Part shown: piece by piece, positions 46,209 to 47,526 of the stretch
Layout: each line of letters begins with the position of its first letter
Position numbering within the stretch: the stretch's first letter is position 1
IMG/VR virus record: IMGVR_UViG_3300032243_001524
Span: 1-47,526 of that record
Source: a virus
Lineage: Duplodnaviria; Caudoviricetes
Strand: one strand, 5' to 3'
Length of the DNA stretch: 47,526 nt
Position numbers and translations under genes: made by a program
The notes under the pieces: model-generated
What the model was told of the DNA's origin: nothing
What the model saw: the letters and a program-made list of their open reading frames with translations, nothing else
Databases searched by the model: none

Positions 46209-47194
46209 TGAATAATGGGTTTTATAATTTTCCTTCCAAGATAACTGATACTGCTGGAGATATAGTTACATTTGATACCAGTTCTGTTTATCGCATTCCT
46301 AATGATGCCAAAATGTTGGCATTTCTTGTAATTGGTGGCGGTGGTGGTGGTGGTGCCGGATCGCAGACCGCATCTGGTGTGTCCGCATATGGTCCCAGCG
46401 GTGGTGCAGGTGGTGGTGCTGTAAGTCACCTTATGCTTGCTTCCGATTTTGGTGGTCCCGGAACCGTTCTTTATATTGCTATTGGTGCTGGTGGCATTGC
46501 TGGAACTCCTGGTGGCGCATCTTCTACTGGTGGCACTGGTGGCGCGGGCGGTAATACAACAATTTCTGTCGCTGGATTGCCAGGTACATTTATTACTGCG
46601 TTGGGTGGCGGTGGCGGTACTGGTGGTGCTATAACCACCGGAACTAGCGCAGCAGATCCTATTCATTTTGGCACATACAGTATTGCAGTTTCAACTTTAA
46701 GTACATCTGCAGTTTTAGGAGCAAGCTATAATCCACAAAATTACTCGGGGGGGTCCTCAAATAGTAGTGCTGCTAGCAGTGTGCGATATGGCGATCCTGG
46801 CAATTGTTTAGGCGGAGGTGGTGGTGGTGGCATGGGTACAGCAACTGCATACGCTGGTGGTGGTATAATTTTAGCAACAGGGACATCCGGTGATACGCAA
46901 TCTGGTCTTCAAACGCCATACAGTAGTAGTAATACTTTTTTAAATGGAGGTGCAGCTACTGGTGCGGTAGGTGAGTCTGCCAGCTTTCAGCGACCAAATC
47001 CATTTGGATTATTATTTTGGTGTGGTTCAGGTGGTGCGGGTGGTGGAAGCAATTTGTCTGGTGTTGGCGGTGCTGGCGGTACAGGCATACGCGGAGGTGG
47101 AGGTGGAGGTGGGGGTTCCAGTCTAAACGGAAGTTCTGCGGGTGCAGGTGGTGTGGGCGGAAATGGTTTTGTAGCAATAATGGTTTATAGATAA
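46208..47194 (+). CDS. glycine-rich tail-associated protein
   Basis: Paralog of 45036..45995 (MNNGFYNFP, VIGGGGGGG, IGAGG, GGNGFVAI). Confidence 0.8.
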   Translation: MNNGFYNFPSKITDTAGDIVTFDTSSVYRIPNDAKMLAFLVIGGGGGGGAGSQTASGVSAYGPSGGAGGGAVSHLMLASDFGGPGTVLYIAIGAGGIAGTPGGASSTGGTGGAGGNTTISVAGLPGTFITALGGGGGTGGAITTGTSAADPIHFGTYSIAVSTLSTSAVLGASYNPQNYSGGSSNSSAASSVRYGDPGNCLGGGGGGGMGTATAYAGGGIILATGTSGDTQSGLQTPYSSSNTFLNGGAATGAVGESASFQRPNPFGLLFWCGSGGAGGGSNLSGVGGAGGTGIRGGGGGGGGSSLNGSSAGAGGVGGNGFVAIMVYR

Positions 47195-47202
47195 GGAATA
47201 TT

Positions 47203-47526
47203 ATGAATAATGGATTTTTTGGTTTTCCTAGCGCAGCTTCTTCAACTTTTTTAGATATTAAAGAATTTGATACGAGTAGTTATTATTCTGTTCCAAAGAA
47301 TGCCAATTCATTATTGATTTTTGCTGTTGGAGGTGGCGGTGGTGGTGGTAGTGGTAGACGAGGAGCAACATCCGCAAACGCTGGTGGCGGCGGCGGCGGC
47401 GGCGGTGGTTCTTTAATTTATCTTCGTTATATTTTAGACGACGTTATTATTCCAGGTTCTCAATTAAATATTGTTATTGGAGCTGGAGGTTCTGGTGGTC
47501 AACTAGTTATTGCAGACAACACAAAC
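47203..47526 (+). CDS. glycine-rich tail-associated protein (3' truncated by window end)
   Basis: AAGGA RBS; MNNGFFGFPSAASSTFLDIKEFDTSSYYSVP...AVGGGGGGG, open to the end of the window; absent from the ORF track. Confidence 0.8.
   Translation, partial: MNNGFFGFPSAASSTFLDIKEFDTSSYYSVPKNANSLLIFAVGGGGGGGSGRRGATSANAGGGGGGGGGSLIYLRYILDDVIIPGSQLNIVIGAGGSGGQLVIADNTN

Noticed and set aside
1-47526. Alternative genetic code (stop-codon reassignment)
   Set aside because: Conserved genes are full length in the standard code and end at TAA, TAG and TGA with tight packing

Overview
This window looks like part of a large (jumbo-type) tailed dsDNA phage genome: AT-rich, densely packed and read in the standard genetic code. 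I saw no rRNA, tRNA, CRISPR array or integrase. From left to right it contains: (1) a putative lysis pair (holin-like protein plus a lipoprotein with a C-terminal TM helix, u-spanin-like) and a SNF2-family helicase with a ~230-aa insertion; (2) low-complexity hypothetical proteins mixed with a LysM-lysozyme, a glycosyltransferase and a superoxide dismutase; (3) a nucleotide-metabolism and transcription block (thyX, FliA/WhiG-like sigma factor, HNH, class II RNR nrdJ, dut, TIGR03790-like protein); (4) a second cluster of low-complexity paralogs; (5) a small ABC-type ATPase followed by a ~550-bp hairpin-rich non-coding region; (6) a ~14-kb module of tail-fibre and glycine-rich genes running off the end. 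The most striking unannotated signal is a family of proteins sharing an N-terminal leader, approximately (I/V)K(L/I)SxxxWxxxGxxxG(W/Y), that ends in K-x-A-(Q/F/L). In five of them the leader is followed by a glycine-zipper helix and a conserved 'SGIS..LD' helix. A shorter K-x-A / WYKxAQ tag occurs on about 15 ORFs but not on the metabolic or tail-fibre genes. I infer a virion-targeting/protease-processing system for packaged, possibly membrane-inserting, proteins. The sigma factor and the TIGR03790-like gene hint at a Planctomycetota/PVC host (inference). All family assignments come from motif recognition by eye; no searches were run.
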